A stretch of DNA of 64,000 nt, from assembly GCA_001799485.1 (NCBI GenBank), contig MGTO01000065.1, positions 220 to 64,219 of the forward strand, given 5' to 3'. A program made the translations under genes and the position numbers. Positions 44,183 through 52,956 of the stretch are shown here, piece after piece; positions within the stretch are counted from its first letter, which is position 1; each line of letters starts with the position of its first letter. Origin of the DNA: Desulfuromonadales bacterium GWC2_61_20 (GTDB lineage: Bacteria > Desulfobacterota > Desulfuromonadia > Desulfuromonadales > UBA2197). Under the pieces are notes generated by a model, which was not told the origin of the DNA, did not search any database, and worked only from the letters and a program-made list of their open reading frames with translations.

Positions 44183-45700
44183 TCAGGCCCTCCCTGGCAG
44201 GAACTTGCGAAAAGTGACACGGATGATGCTTTTGACTTCCATCGGACCGCACCAGGTGAGCCAGGCAAGACACATCAGGACCGCGATGGTACCGCCCAAT
44301 CCGAGACTGGCAACCACGTTGTCGATAAAACTGAGAGGATATAACGCGGCAAAAAGGAGCACCCCGAAGAGCCCCGGGCTCCTCAGGACATCGAGGGGTG
44401 GGACCAGAGCACATTGATCGAAGAGTATCCGGGCCAGAGGTATGCAGCCGATGATGAAGCCCAACGTCATCGCCACCGGCACGCCAGTCACGCCGAGGAG
44501 GGGGATAAGGAGCCCATAGGCGGTCAGGGTAATAGCGACTGTCACCAGATATTGCGTCGCAAGGTGGCGTGCCGAGACCAGCCGGAGCGCGGCTTCGCGT
44601 AATAACGTCCAGAACGCTACGGCAATCAACGTCATCCCGAAAGCGGACAGAAGTTGACCATCTGCAGCATATTTTGCTCCCCCGTAAAGGGCCAGGATCG
44701 GCTTACCGAGGGCGCAGATGAAGAAGCCCAACGGGATGAAGACAAAGCCGATGACCGCCACCGACTGGCGATAAAATTCCGTCAATTGTGGCCGCCCCTC
44801 GACCAGAACTTCACCGAATTTCACCCCCATCGGCACAGCAAACGCCGTCATCGCCGTGTACAGGTTGTCGTAAAGACGTTTCACCATATGGTAACTGGCC
44901 AAACCTTCCGGACCGAGGAGAACCGCCACCAGCGGCCGATCGGCTTGCATGGCCCCCGAGCGAATCCATTTCAACGTCCAGTAGCCGCGACTTGCCACGA
45001 TAATCTCCCGAAATGGCATCAGTTTCGCGCTGAAGCATTGCCTGATATCCCAGAGACCCATGCCCAAACCGACAAGAGTCCCGAAAAGAAAACCGTAGTA
45101 GAAGCCTGTCTGACCCCAAGCGAAGAATCCGAGGACGCAGAAGACTCGCTGCACCAGCGTCGTTCCAACATTGATCAGCGCCCTGGCATGAAATGTCTGC
45201 AAGGCAACCTGAACGTGACCAACCTGCGCCCGCAACGCCATGAAGAAAGAAATCACGACGGCGAGCAGGACCAGTTTCAGATTGGCATTGTCGACAAAGA
45301 AATAACCGACCACAAAAGGCATGGCCGCGGCCCAGACAATACACGTAAGCAAAATACCGAGGGTGCGATAGACAAAGACACTGGAAATCAGCCGGTTGGC
45401 TTCGTCCTGGCGGCCATTGGCATTGAGCCCGGCGACATCCTTGATCAACAACGTGCCCATACCCAGTCCACCGATGACTTCGTTCCATGAAGAGAAGATC
45501 GTCAAGGTGGCGTAAATGGCCATCTGCTCCTTGCTGAAAACCCTGGCGAAATAAGCCAGAAATACGATGGAAATCAGGGCCGAAGCAAATTGCGACGAAA
45601 GTATGCTCGCCGAAGATTTGATAATTTCCTTGTACCTTGACAAAGAGATTCCTCCCGCCGTATCAATTCGCCGCCCCGCCTCATTCTTCTTGTCTGTCAA
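44183..45700 (-). CDS. Polysaccharide flippase (Wzx / MOP superfamily)
   Basis: About 12-14 TM helices, length and position typical of Wzx. Start is a TTG in either case: 45700 (track) or 45643, which sits 7 nt after GGGAGG. Confidence 0.7.
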   Translation of the reverse strand: MTDKKNEAGRRIDTAGGISLSRYKEIIKSSASILSSQFASALISIVFLAYFARVFSKEQMAIYATLTIFSSWNEVIGGLGMGTLLIKDVAGLNANGRQDEANRLISSVFVYRTLGILLTCIVWAAAMPFVVGYFFVDNANLKLVLLAVVISFFMALRAQVGHVQVALQTFHARALINVGTTLVQRVFCVLGFFAWGQTGFYYGFLFGTLVGLGMGLWDIRQCFSAKLMPFREIIVASRGYWTLKWIRSGAMQADRPLVAVLLGPEGLASYHMVKRLYDNLYTAMTAFAVPMGVKFGEVLVEGRPQLTEFYRQSVAVIGFVFIPLGFFICALGKPILALYGGAKYAADGQLLSAFGMTLIAVAFWTLLREAALRLVSARHLATQYLVTVAITLTAYGLLIPLLGVTGVPVAMTLGFIIGCIPLARILFDQCALVPPLDVLRSPGLFGVLLFAALYPLSFIDNVVASLGLGGTIAVLMCLAWLTWCGPMEVKSIIRVTFRKFLPGRA

Positions 45701-45886
45701 TAAAGATTACACAGCAGGGCTTGCAATCTATTACCGAAAGGTCTGACAATTTTCAAAAGAAGTTTCCATTTTATTTGGAACTAAAGTATGAATTTTGGAT
45801 TTTTCCGGAGAGTGATCTCTGTCATCGCTGGTCAGGACAAAAATACCCGATATATAAGTGATGAATTCGAATAGGGAAAGGGCCTC

Positions 45887-46885
45887 ATGTCATCGTGGCG
45901 GCAAAGGATAACGACCTGGAGGGCCTACTGGAGAAAGCCTCGTTGGCGGCTGGGGGTTTTCGGATTGGCAGCGCTTGTCGTCACGGGGCTGAGCAGTCCC
46001 CGGGGGATTCCGTTTGTCGGGCGGGAAACGGTCTGGTCCATCGGTATCTACTCAGGACCGACCCTCTTCGACCTGCAGCCACTAGCCAATTGCACGAACC
46101 CGGTACTCACCGCCGAGGACATCGACGATGTGTCGGCACGTTACGTGGCGGATCCGTTTTTGTTGCGTCACGGAGATGGCTGGGTGATGTTCTTCGAGGT
46201 CTTCAATCGGGAGAAATGGCGCGGTGAGATTGGCTTCGCCACGAGCCGCGACGGCTGCTCCTGGCGCTATGGTGGAATGGTTTTACAGGAACCTTTTCAT
46301 CTTTCTTATCCGCACGTCCTGCTTGTTGATGGCGAATATTTCATGATCCCCGAGTCGGGTGCAGACAAATGCGTGCGCCTTTATCGCGCCAGGGATTTCC
46401 CCAGGCAGTGGGAGTATGTCTCCACCCTGCTGGCCGGCGAGGCATTTCGGGACAGTTCCGTCTTCCATCGTGACGGAATATGGTGGATGTTTACATCCAT
46501 TGAGAAATCAGAGCTGCGACTCTACTATGCCGATCGCCTGACGGGGCCGTGGCGACCGCATCCGCGCAATCCCCTTATCGCCAACGATGCCGGCGTTGCC
46601 CGCGGCGGGGGACGCGTCACGACGCAGAACGGGCAGCTGTTTCGTTTGGCCCAGGACGACCACCTATCGTACGGGCGTCAGGTCCGGGCATTTGCGATCA
46701 CCGAACTGAGCAAGGTGAATTATCGGGAAATCCCGGTCTCGCACTCTCCTGTCGTCGTCGCCGGCAACGCGGCCTGGAATAACCTCGGCATGCATCAGGT
46801 CGATTGCCAGCCGCTGACGAACTCGACATATATCGCCGCCGTGGACGGGTTGACCTCCTATTTCCGCGTCGGGTTGAAGTACTGA
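45887..46885 (+). CDS. Membrane-anchored GH43-like five-bladed beta-propeller protein
   Basis: ATG at 45887. N-terminal anchor WRLGVFGLAALVVTGL. ADPFLLRHGDGWVMFFE, YPHVLLVDGEYFMIPES, DSSVFHRDGIWWMFTS are propeller blade signatures resembling GH43 / glucosamine-IPC-transferase-like proteins. Confidence 0.5.
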   Translation: MSSWRQRITTWRAYWRKPRWRLGVFGLAALVVTGLSSPRGIPFVGRETVWSIGIYSGPTLFDLQPLANCTNPVLTAEDIDDVSARYVADPFLLRHGDGWVMFFEVFNREKWRGEIGFATSRDGCSWRYGGMVLQEPFHLSYPHVLLVDGEYFMIPESGADKCVRLYRARDFPRQWEYVSTLLAGEAFRDSSVFHRDGIWWMFTSIEKSELRLYYADRLTGPWRPHPRNPLIANDAGVARGGGRVTTQNGQLFRLAQDDHLSYGRQVRAFAITELSKVNYREIPVSHSPVVVAGNAAWNNLGMHQVDCQPLTNSTYIAAVDGLTSYFRVGLKY

Positions 46886-46916
46886 GACGCAGCTGTCTGG
46901 CCGTTGGGAAATTGTG

Positions 46917-48197
46917 TCACCTGAGTTCCAGCGCGACAGCCATTTCCTGCAAGACTTCCTCGATATTGCTGTAGCTATCACCGTCGGCGTCGCCGTTGGG
47001 ATCGATCGGGGACAGCAAGCCAAAATCACGCCTATGCGTTGTGGGCCATGGCCACTCCGGCCGAAACCGATTGGTGACCCGGCCACGGCGCTCCGCCAGC
47101 TCCCCGAGAAAGGTTTTGTCAACCTGGTTGCCGTGCACCGTCTTCCGCTCGGCGGGACGAGCTCCGACCGTAGCCGCCAGCAACGATTCAACCTGGGCGG
47201 CCGGAATAATGTTGAAGGCGTCGAGAGGGACGGGCGGAGCAGACTGCAGGGCGAAACCCAAAGACGGCGCAAGAAGGCGCCCGCTGGACTGGTTGGTATT
47301 GGGGCCGCTGGTTGGGGCGTAGATTCGTGAACCGGCCTGGAGGTCGGCTCCGGCCATCGCCGCTCCGTCCGGACGGTTGTCGGGGCCGGAGAGGAAAACA
47401 TTGCCCGCCAGGGATAGTCGATCCGGGCCGTGGACTGAACCGATGGCCATATGCTCGCGGCCACTCACATTATAGAAGAGGTTGTTAAGCAGATTGACCG
47501 TGGTGCCGCCGCCGAGCCGCGGTTGTCGTTCGAGGCTGTGCATGACGATATTGCGCAGCAACGTGATGTTGGTCGCCTTTGACCCGATCAGGACACCATA
47601 ATGCCCACCGGCTATGAGGCAGTTACTGATCGTCATGTTCTGCTCGAACCGGTTGTCGTAGCCAGGGAAGATGGCGAGATTTTCGTCGTTGGCCCAAGCC
47701 AGTGAACAATGGTCAATGACCACATTGAACGGCCGGTCACTACGGTTGGGCTGAATTGATATGCAGTCCTGGTCGGCCAGTGCCGGGTTGGCCCGAATGA
47801 AGAGATGCTGCAAAAGCACGTCGTGGGTGTGAATGCGCAGGCCAAAACCTTCCAGGATGATGCCTGGTGCTGGTGCCGTCTGCCCGGCGACGGTCAGGAA
47901 CGGATGCCGAACAACCAAGGGGCTGGCCAATTCGATAACGCCGCCCACATCGAATACGACGATGCGCGGAGCCTTGATCTCGGACAAGGCTTCGCGCAGG
48001 GAACCGGGACCACTGTCAGCGAGATTCGTCACTCGCACGATGCGCCCCCCCCGCCCAGCCGGCGTCTCCGTGCCGAATCCAGCCGCGCCTGGAAAGACCG
48101 GAAGGGCGGCACTCACCCTGGCTTGGCTGAGAGACAGGCAGACGACCATGCCGACAAACAGGGCTCTCCATGCAAACAGGGAAAAAATTTTGACCAT
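46917..48197 (-). CDS. Secreted pectate-lyase-like polysaccharide lyase (PL1-like parallel beta-helix)
   Basis: ATG at 48195-48197 (the track start 48206 is a GTG). Signal MVKIFSLFAWRALFVGMVVCLSLSQA. FPGAAGFGTETPAGRGGRIVRVTNLADSGPGSLREAL, TVAGQTAPAPGIIL, VIDHCSLAWANDENL. Confidence 0.7.
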   Translation of the reverse strand: MVKIFSLFAWRALFVGMVVCLSLSQARVSAALPVFPGAAGFGTETPAGRGGRIVRVTNLADSGPGSLREALSEIKAPRIVVFDVGGVIELASPLVVRHPFLTVAGQTAPAPGIILEGFGLRIHTHDVLLQHLFIRANPALADQDCISIQPNRSDRPFNVVIDHCSLAWANDENLAIFPGYDNRFEQNMTISNCLIAGGHYGVLIGSKATNITLLRNIVMHSLERQPRLGGGTTVNLLNNLFYNVSGREHMAIGSVHGPDRLSLAGNVFLSGPDNRPDGAAMAGADLQAGSRIYAPTSGPNTNQSSGRLLAPSLGFALQSAPPVPLDAFNIIPAAQVESLLAATVGARPAERKTVHGNQVDKTFLGELAERRGRVTNRFRPEWPWPTTHRRDFGLLSPIDPNGDADGDSYSNIEEVLQEMAVALELR

Positions 48198-48377
48198 GTT
48201 GTTCACAGACTGTCATGCCTTTCCAAGCCATTGAAGCGAACTGAATCCGAACGACTGTACATACCGAATACTCCACCTCCACGCAAAGTCAAACGGCTCT
48301 TGCCGTCAGAACCAAATAATATGGCCCTCCCCGTGAGCGGGGAGGGCCATGGTCTTGCTTCAGTCAGAGACCAGAAG

Positions 48378-50990
48378 TTACTTGCCTTCGACCTGCAAAG
48401 CCATCCGGTAAAGGACTTCCTCGATATTGGTGTAGCCGTTGCCGTTATCGTCGCCATTCGGATTGGCGGGAAGGAGCGGATCGATATCGCGGGTCGAGGC
48501 AATCGGCTTGTCGCTCCAGGCCGGTTGTACACGATTCTTCACCGAGCCACTTCGCGTCAGGATTTCAGAGATAAACCGCTCATCGACGCTGTCTCCATAA
48601 GTTGTACCGCGTTCGGCGGGGCGAGCGCCGGCGCTCGTGGCCAGCGTGGCCTGGAGACTCGTTACCGGGGTGATGGTGATGCCATCCAGGGAGACCGGCG
48701 GCGTCCCAACCATGTAGGAGGTGATCCCCGACGAGGTGATATTGTAGCTGGAAGTATTGGCATGGGCACCCGACACCGGCACATAGATCTTGGATCCGGT
48801 CTGGATGCTCGAAGTACCGAGTCCCGGGACACTGGTGCGACTGCTCGGTCCAGCGACGAACGAGTTTCCGGCATAAGAAACCTGATCAGGGCCGTAGGTC
48901 GAACCGACGGCGGAGAACTCGTAGGCGCCGACGTTGTAGAGGAGATTGTTGACCACGTGGGCGTAGGTCGCCCCGCCCAGGCGTGGCTGACGTTCCACGG
49001 TACTCAACACGACGTTTCGCAGGAAAGAGACACGCGTCGCATTGGAACCGATCAGCACACCATAATGCCCTTCCCCGACCAGACTGTTGCTGACAGTGAT
49101 GTTCTGGTCGGTCTGATCGGTGTAGCCGGGAAAGATGGAGATGTTTTCATCATAAGCCCACGCCGTCGAGCAGTGGTCGACCACGACGTTGTAGGGACGG
49201 TCGGTGCCACTCGGCTGAATCGAGATGCAGTCCTGGTCGACCAGCGTAGTGTTACCGCGGAAGAAGAGGTGCTGCAGCAGGACGTCGTGGGTGTAAATGC
49301 GCATACCGTAACCGGACAGGGTAATTCCGGGAGCCGGCGCAGTCTGTCCGGCGATGGTCACGTACGGTTCGCGAATGACCAGCGGGCTGGTCAGGTTGAT
49401 GATCCCGGCCACTTCAAAGACGACGATGCGTTTGCCGGTAGTATTGTAGAGGGCTTCCCGCAGCGAACCGGCACCAGAGTCGTTAAGGTTGGTCACTTTG
49501 ACGATTTTGCCACCACGTCCAGCCGGGGTGTCGGTACCGAACCCTTCGGCCCCCGGGAAAGCCTTGACCGGGCCGTTGACTACGGGCGGCGCAGGCGTGG
49601 CTGCATCGTCATCCAGAATGGAGAGGATTGATTCAGTCACCGCGCCGAGAGTGGCGCCGGCGGTCGGCGTGCTGAGGATCACCTTGAAGCTCTCTTCGCT
49701 CTCCTGGACGCTGTCGTTGACGATGCCGACACGCTCGGTCTTCCACGTTTCGCCATTGACAAAGATCAGGCTTTTCTGGCTGACGCCGACATAGTCCTCA
49801 CCGTTGACCGCCGTCCCCAGGGCGGTACGGAAGTCGACTGACACCTGGCCGTCGCTGCCACCCACACGGTCGATGGTGACGTCGACATAGCCGCCATTCT
49901 CGCTGACGGTATGGGCGCCGACGGCAAATTCGAAGCTGCCGGGTTTGGCGACCGCAATATTGACGGTAACGGGAATGGCGGAAGAAACCTTGCTGTTCCC
50001 CGCCGCGTCATAAGCCTTGGCGGTCAGGCTGTGGCTGCCGTTATTGGCGCTGGTGATGGCCCAGGCGAAGCTGTAGGGGGCGGCACTGTCGGTCTCCTTG
50101 AGGGTGGTACCGTCGTAGAGTTCGACCTTGGTGACAGCAACGCTGTCCGCCGCAGCAACGGCAACGGTCACCGTCTGCGCGCTGGTATAGGTTGCGCCGC
50201 TGGCCGGGCTGGTCAGGGAAACGGTCGGAGCGGTCACATCCGGCACCGGAAGATTGATGGTGACGGCCACGGCGGCGGAGACCTTGCTGTTTCCCGTCGC
50301 GTCGTAAGCCTTGGCGGTCAGGCTGTGGCTGCCATTATTGGCGCTGGTGACCGCCCAAGCGAAACTGTAGGGAGCGGTGCTGTCGCTGCCAATCAGGGTG
50401 GCGCCAGCGTAGAACTCGACCTTGCTCACCCCGACGTTGTCGGCAGCAGAGGCGGCCATGGTGAGAGGCTGGGCACTGAGCAAGGCGACCCCGCTGGCCG
50501 GACTGGTCAGGGAGACGGTCGGGGCAGTCGCATCGACCGCGATCGTATCATTGTCCCGAAGGGTGATGATGGCGCTGGTGATGCTGCCGAGAGTCGCCCC
50601 GCCGGTCGGGGCCGAGAGGAGGACCTTGAAGGTCTCGGTCGGCTCAATCACCTTGTCGTCAATAATTCCGACACTGACGACCTTCTGCGTCACGCCGCTG
50701 GCGAAGCTCAGCGTGGACAAGGGCATCCCGACATAATCCTGGTCGTTGACCGCCGAGATCAAGCCGGTCCGGAAACCGACGGTTGCGGCACCGGTACTGC
50801 CTCCGACCCGATTGATGGTGATATTGACTTTGCCCGCCCCTTCAACGACCAAGTAGGTTGAGGCGGAGAAGGTGAAGGCGCCGGAAGCCGCGTGGCTGGC
50901 CGGGGCGGACAGGACCAGGAGCCCGGTGATGGCCAAGAGGGTACAGGTGAGGTTGCTGACGAAACGCTTGATTGTGGTGATATTTTTCAC
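48378..50990 (-). CDS. Large secreted protein: Calx-beta, 2x Ig-like, Calx-beta, pectate-lyase-like domain
   Basis: GTG start at 50988-50990, 8 nt after AAGGAG. Signal VKNITTIKRFVSNLTCTLLAITGLLVLSAPASHA. Calx-beta signatures (VGFRTGLISAVNDQDYVGMP, VDFRTALGTAVNGEDYVGVS). The lyase domain is roughly two-thirds identical by eye to the protein at 46917-48197. Confidence 0.75.
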   Translation of the reverse strand: MKNITTIKRFVSNLTCTLLAITGLLVLSAPASHAASGAFTFSASTYLVVEGAGKVNITINRVGGSTGAATVGFRTGLISAVNDQDYVGMPLSTLSFASGVTQKVVSVGIIDDKVIEPTETFKVLLSAPTGGATLGSITSAIITLRDNDTIAVDATAPTVSLTSPASGVALLSAQPLTMAASAADNVGVSKVEFYAGATLIGSDSTAPYSFAWAVTSANNGSHSLTAKAYDATGNSKVSAAVAVTINLPVPDVTAPTVSLTSPASGATYTSAQTVTVAVAAADSVAVTKVELYDGTTLKETDSAAPYSFAWAITSANNGSHSLTAKAYDAAGNSKVSSAIPVTVNIAVAKPGSFEFAVGAHTVSENGGYVDVTIDRVGGSDGQVSVDFRTALGTAVNGEDYVGVSQKSLIFVNGETWKTERVGIVNDSVQESEESFKVILSTPTAGATLGAVTESILSILDDDAATPAPPVVNGPVKAFPGAEGFGTDTPAGRGGKIVKVTNLNDSGAGSLREALYNTTGKRIVVFEVAGIINLTSPLVIREPYVTIAGQTAPAPGITLSGYGMRIYTHDVLLQHLFFRGNTTLVDQDCISIQPSGTDRPYNVVVDHCSTAWAYDENISIFPGYTDQTDQNITVSNSLVGEGHYGVLIGSNATRVSFLRNVVLSTVERQPRLGGATYAHVVNNLLYNVGAYEFSAVGSTYGPDQVSYAGNSFVAGPSSRTSVPGLGTSSIQTGSKIYVPVSGAHANTSSYNITSSGITSYMVGTPPVSLDGITITPVTSLQATLATSAGARPAERGTTYGDSVDERFISEILTRSGSVKNRVQPAWSDKPIASTRDIDPLLPANPNGDDNGNGYTNIEEVLYRMALQVEGK
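49947..50528 (-). repeat. Tandem in-frame duplication (2 x about 294 nt) encoding two Ig-like domains
   Basis: TAPTVSLTSPASG...APYSFAWA[VI]TSANNGSHSLTAKAYDA[TA]GNSKVS occurs twice. Nucleotide stretches around 49987-50090 and 50281-50384 are nearly identical. Confidence 0.85.
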
Positions 50991-51696
50991 GATGATTCTC
51001 CTTTGTCGGTGTTGCCTCTGTTTTCTGTCTGAAATTTTTTGCGGGTTGAATATTTTGCAAACAATGAAATGCCCGTATTCTTGGCCAAAGAAGACGGGCA
51101 TTATCGGTAGGGGAATACGACGCCAGACCGAATAATCCTTCACCTTCTCTTCGGCAGCCCGACTAACCACACATGTGGTCTCGCGGCTTTGCGTCGCCAG
51201 GTCACCCTGGCTTTGCCCTTTCGGAGTTATAGAAAATAGATTCTAGGTCATGTCATCCTCTCTACCGCGCACGCTATATGTTGCATGGTGCGCATTTTTC
51301 ATATACTTAATTGCCGCCAATGGTGACAGGCATGGTCTTGCACAATCGCCGTCACGACACAAGAGCAGATTGCGTGCCAAAATGTAAATTTAAAAACTTA
51401 ATCTAAAGTTCCAATTAAATATTTACATCCGCTATTATTTTCTCAAACTTTAGTATTATATTTTCTGCAAACTAATTAGTTCATGATAATTTGCGACTTG
51501 TATCGGAATTTATCCGTGAAGTGTCATTCTCGATATAATCAATGATCACAACATGTTAGCAAATTGAGACGAAAAATGCCCCCTGACGGCGTGTTTTCGC
51601 CGGCTCGTCGAGACGAAAGAAGAGGGCTGCGCTTCGGTCCGCTTCCGCGTCCGGGACAACCCCATTGACTTTACTTCCCCCCTGCTGCTACGGTGT

Positions 51697-51790
51697 CGCT
51701 GCCCTAGGGGAGTGAGACACTGAGAGTTCCGCAGCGTGCGGGACGACCCTTTGAACCTGATCCGGATCATACCGGCGTAGGGAAGCGGCG
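51697..51790 (+). promoter_or_regulatory. TPP (THI-box) riboswitch
   Basis: CCUAGGGGAGUGAGACACUGAGAG...GACGACCCUUUGAACCUGAUCCGGAUCAUACCGGCGUAGGGAAGCGGC matches the conserved cores of the TPP riboswitch (Rfam RF00059): UAGGGG, CUGAGA, ACCC, AACCUGAUC-GGAU-AU-CC-GCGUAGGGAA. Lies directly upstream of the thi operon. Confidence 0.9.
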
Positions 51791-51825
51791 CTACCAACCG
51801 TGAAGAGCTTTTTCTTCCGCTTTGG

Positions 51826-51851
51826 GGCCGCTTTTACGCGGTCCTTTTTTT
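51826..51851 (+). terminator. Terminator-like hairpin plus U-tract (riboswitch expression platform)
   Basis: GGCCGC/GCGG(U)CC stem with a 6-nt loop, followed by TTTTTTT (51845-51851) ending 1 nt before the thiF ATG. Confidence 0.5.
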
Positions 51852-52658
51852 ATGCGCATATTCCTCAATGAAGAACCGCGTGAAGCCGCCGCCGGAACAA
51901 CCCTGTTCGCCCTGCGCGACGAGGTGCGCCCAGGGGCCGACCTCCTCATCGTCAACGGCTTTCCGGCCGCGGTCGACGTGCAACTCGCCGAGGACGACAG
52001 AATCGTCATGATCCGGCGCGGTGAAATCCCTTCCGCCGACGAACTCGAAGCACTCATGGCCGCCCGCCACACTCCGGGCGTTCATGCCCGGCTCAAACGC
52101 GGCACGGTCGGCATCGCCGGCTGCGGCGGTCTCGGCTCGGCGGTAGCAGTCGCCCTGGCGCGGATCGGGGTCGGCCGGCTCATTCTCGCCGATTTCGACG
52201 TCGTCGAACCGTCCAACCTCAATCGCCAGCAGTTTTTTGTCGACCAGATCGGACTGCCCAAGGTCGATGCCCTCAAGGCGAACCTGGTGCGGATCAATCC
52301 CTACGTCAAGGTGGCGGCCTTTTACGGCCGCCTCGAGCGCGACAATATCCCGCAGGTTTTTGCCCTGGTCGACGTGCTGATCGAAGCCTTCGACGGCGCC
52401 GAGCAGAAGGCGATGCTGGTCGAGACCTTTCGTGCCGCCTGCCCGGAGCGCCCCCTCATCGCCGCTTCGGGACTGGCCGGGCATGCCGCCTCCAACACCA
52501 TTGTCACCCGTCGCGCCGGGCGCAATTTCTATCTCGTCGGCGATGGCACGACTGCCGCCGCTCCCGGTCAGGGCTTGATGGCCCCGCGGGTCGGCATCGC
52601 CGCCCACCACCAGGCCAATGCCGTGCTGCGGCTGCTCTTGGGAGAAGAACCGGAATAG
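51852..52658 (+). CDS. thiF: ThiS adenylyltransferase ThiF with N-terminal ThiS-like domain
   Basis: ATG at 51852. E1-like Rossmann [43 protein letters not shown]. About 70-aa N-terminal beta-grasp-like segment [23 protein letters not shown].... Confidence 0.85.
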   Translation: MRIFLNEEPREAAAGTTLFALRDEVRPGADLLIVNGFPAAVDVQLAEDDRIVMIRRGEIPSADELEALMAARHTPGVHARLKRGTVGIAGCGGLGSAVAVALARIGVGRLILADFDVVEPSNLNRQQFFVDQIGLPKVDALKANLVRINPYVKVAAFYGRLERDNIPQVFALVDVLIEAFDGAEQKAMLVETFRAACPERPLIAASGLAGHAASNTIVTRRAGRNFYLVGDGTTAAAPGQGLMAPRVGIAAHHQANAVLRLLLGEEPE

Positions 52659-52681
52659 ATCAAAATTGGAAGGACCGACCT

Positions 52682-52879
52682 ATGACCATCATCGTCAACG
52701 GCACAGCGAAAAGTGATCCTGCGGCCGACGTCGCCGGGCTCCTGACCCAACTCGGCCTCGACCCGGCACGGGTAGCCGTGGAATACAACCGCAACATTCT
52801 GGCACGGGAACGCTTCGCCGCGACGACTTTGGCCGACGGCGATGAACTGGAAATCGTGCAGTTCGTCGGCGGCGGATAA
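52682..52879 (+). CDS. thiS: Sulfur carrier protein ThiS
   Basis: 65 aa. [11 protein letters not shown]...[11 protein letters not shown] with a C-terminal GG. Confidence 0.9.
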   Translation: MTIIVNGTAKSDPAADVAGLLTQLGLDPARVAVEYNRNILARERFAATTLADGDELEIVQFVGGG

Positions 52880-52887
52880 AATTTATC

Positions 52888-52938
52888 GTAGGGGCGACCC
52901 GGCGGGTCGCCCTGGGCGCTGACAAGCATCGCCCCTAC
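52888..52938. repeat. REP-like compound hairpin element (thiS-thiG spacer)
   Basis: GTAGGGGCGACCCGGCGGGTCGCCCTGGGCG...CGCCCCTAC. Inner 9-bp hairpin 52892-52900/52904-52912. Outer 10-bp inverted termini 52888-52897/52929-52938. Confidence 0.75.
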
Positions 52939-52956
52939 ATCACAAAGGACATTCCC

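Noticed and set aside
51546-51797. 83-codon minus-strand ORF overlapping the riboswitch region.
   Set aside because: It lies antisense to a canonical TPP aptamer and has no SD or family similarity.
51852-52060. ThiS-like N-terminal domain on ThiF in addition to a separate thiS gene, considered as a novelty.
   Set aside because: To my knowledge this fused beta-grasp N-terminus is a recurring feature of ThiF in thiH-type (anaerobe) thi operons. It lacks a C-terminal GG, so it is not a second carrier. It is not treated as novel.
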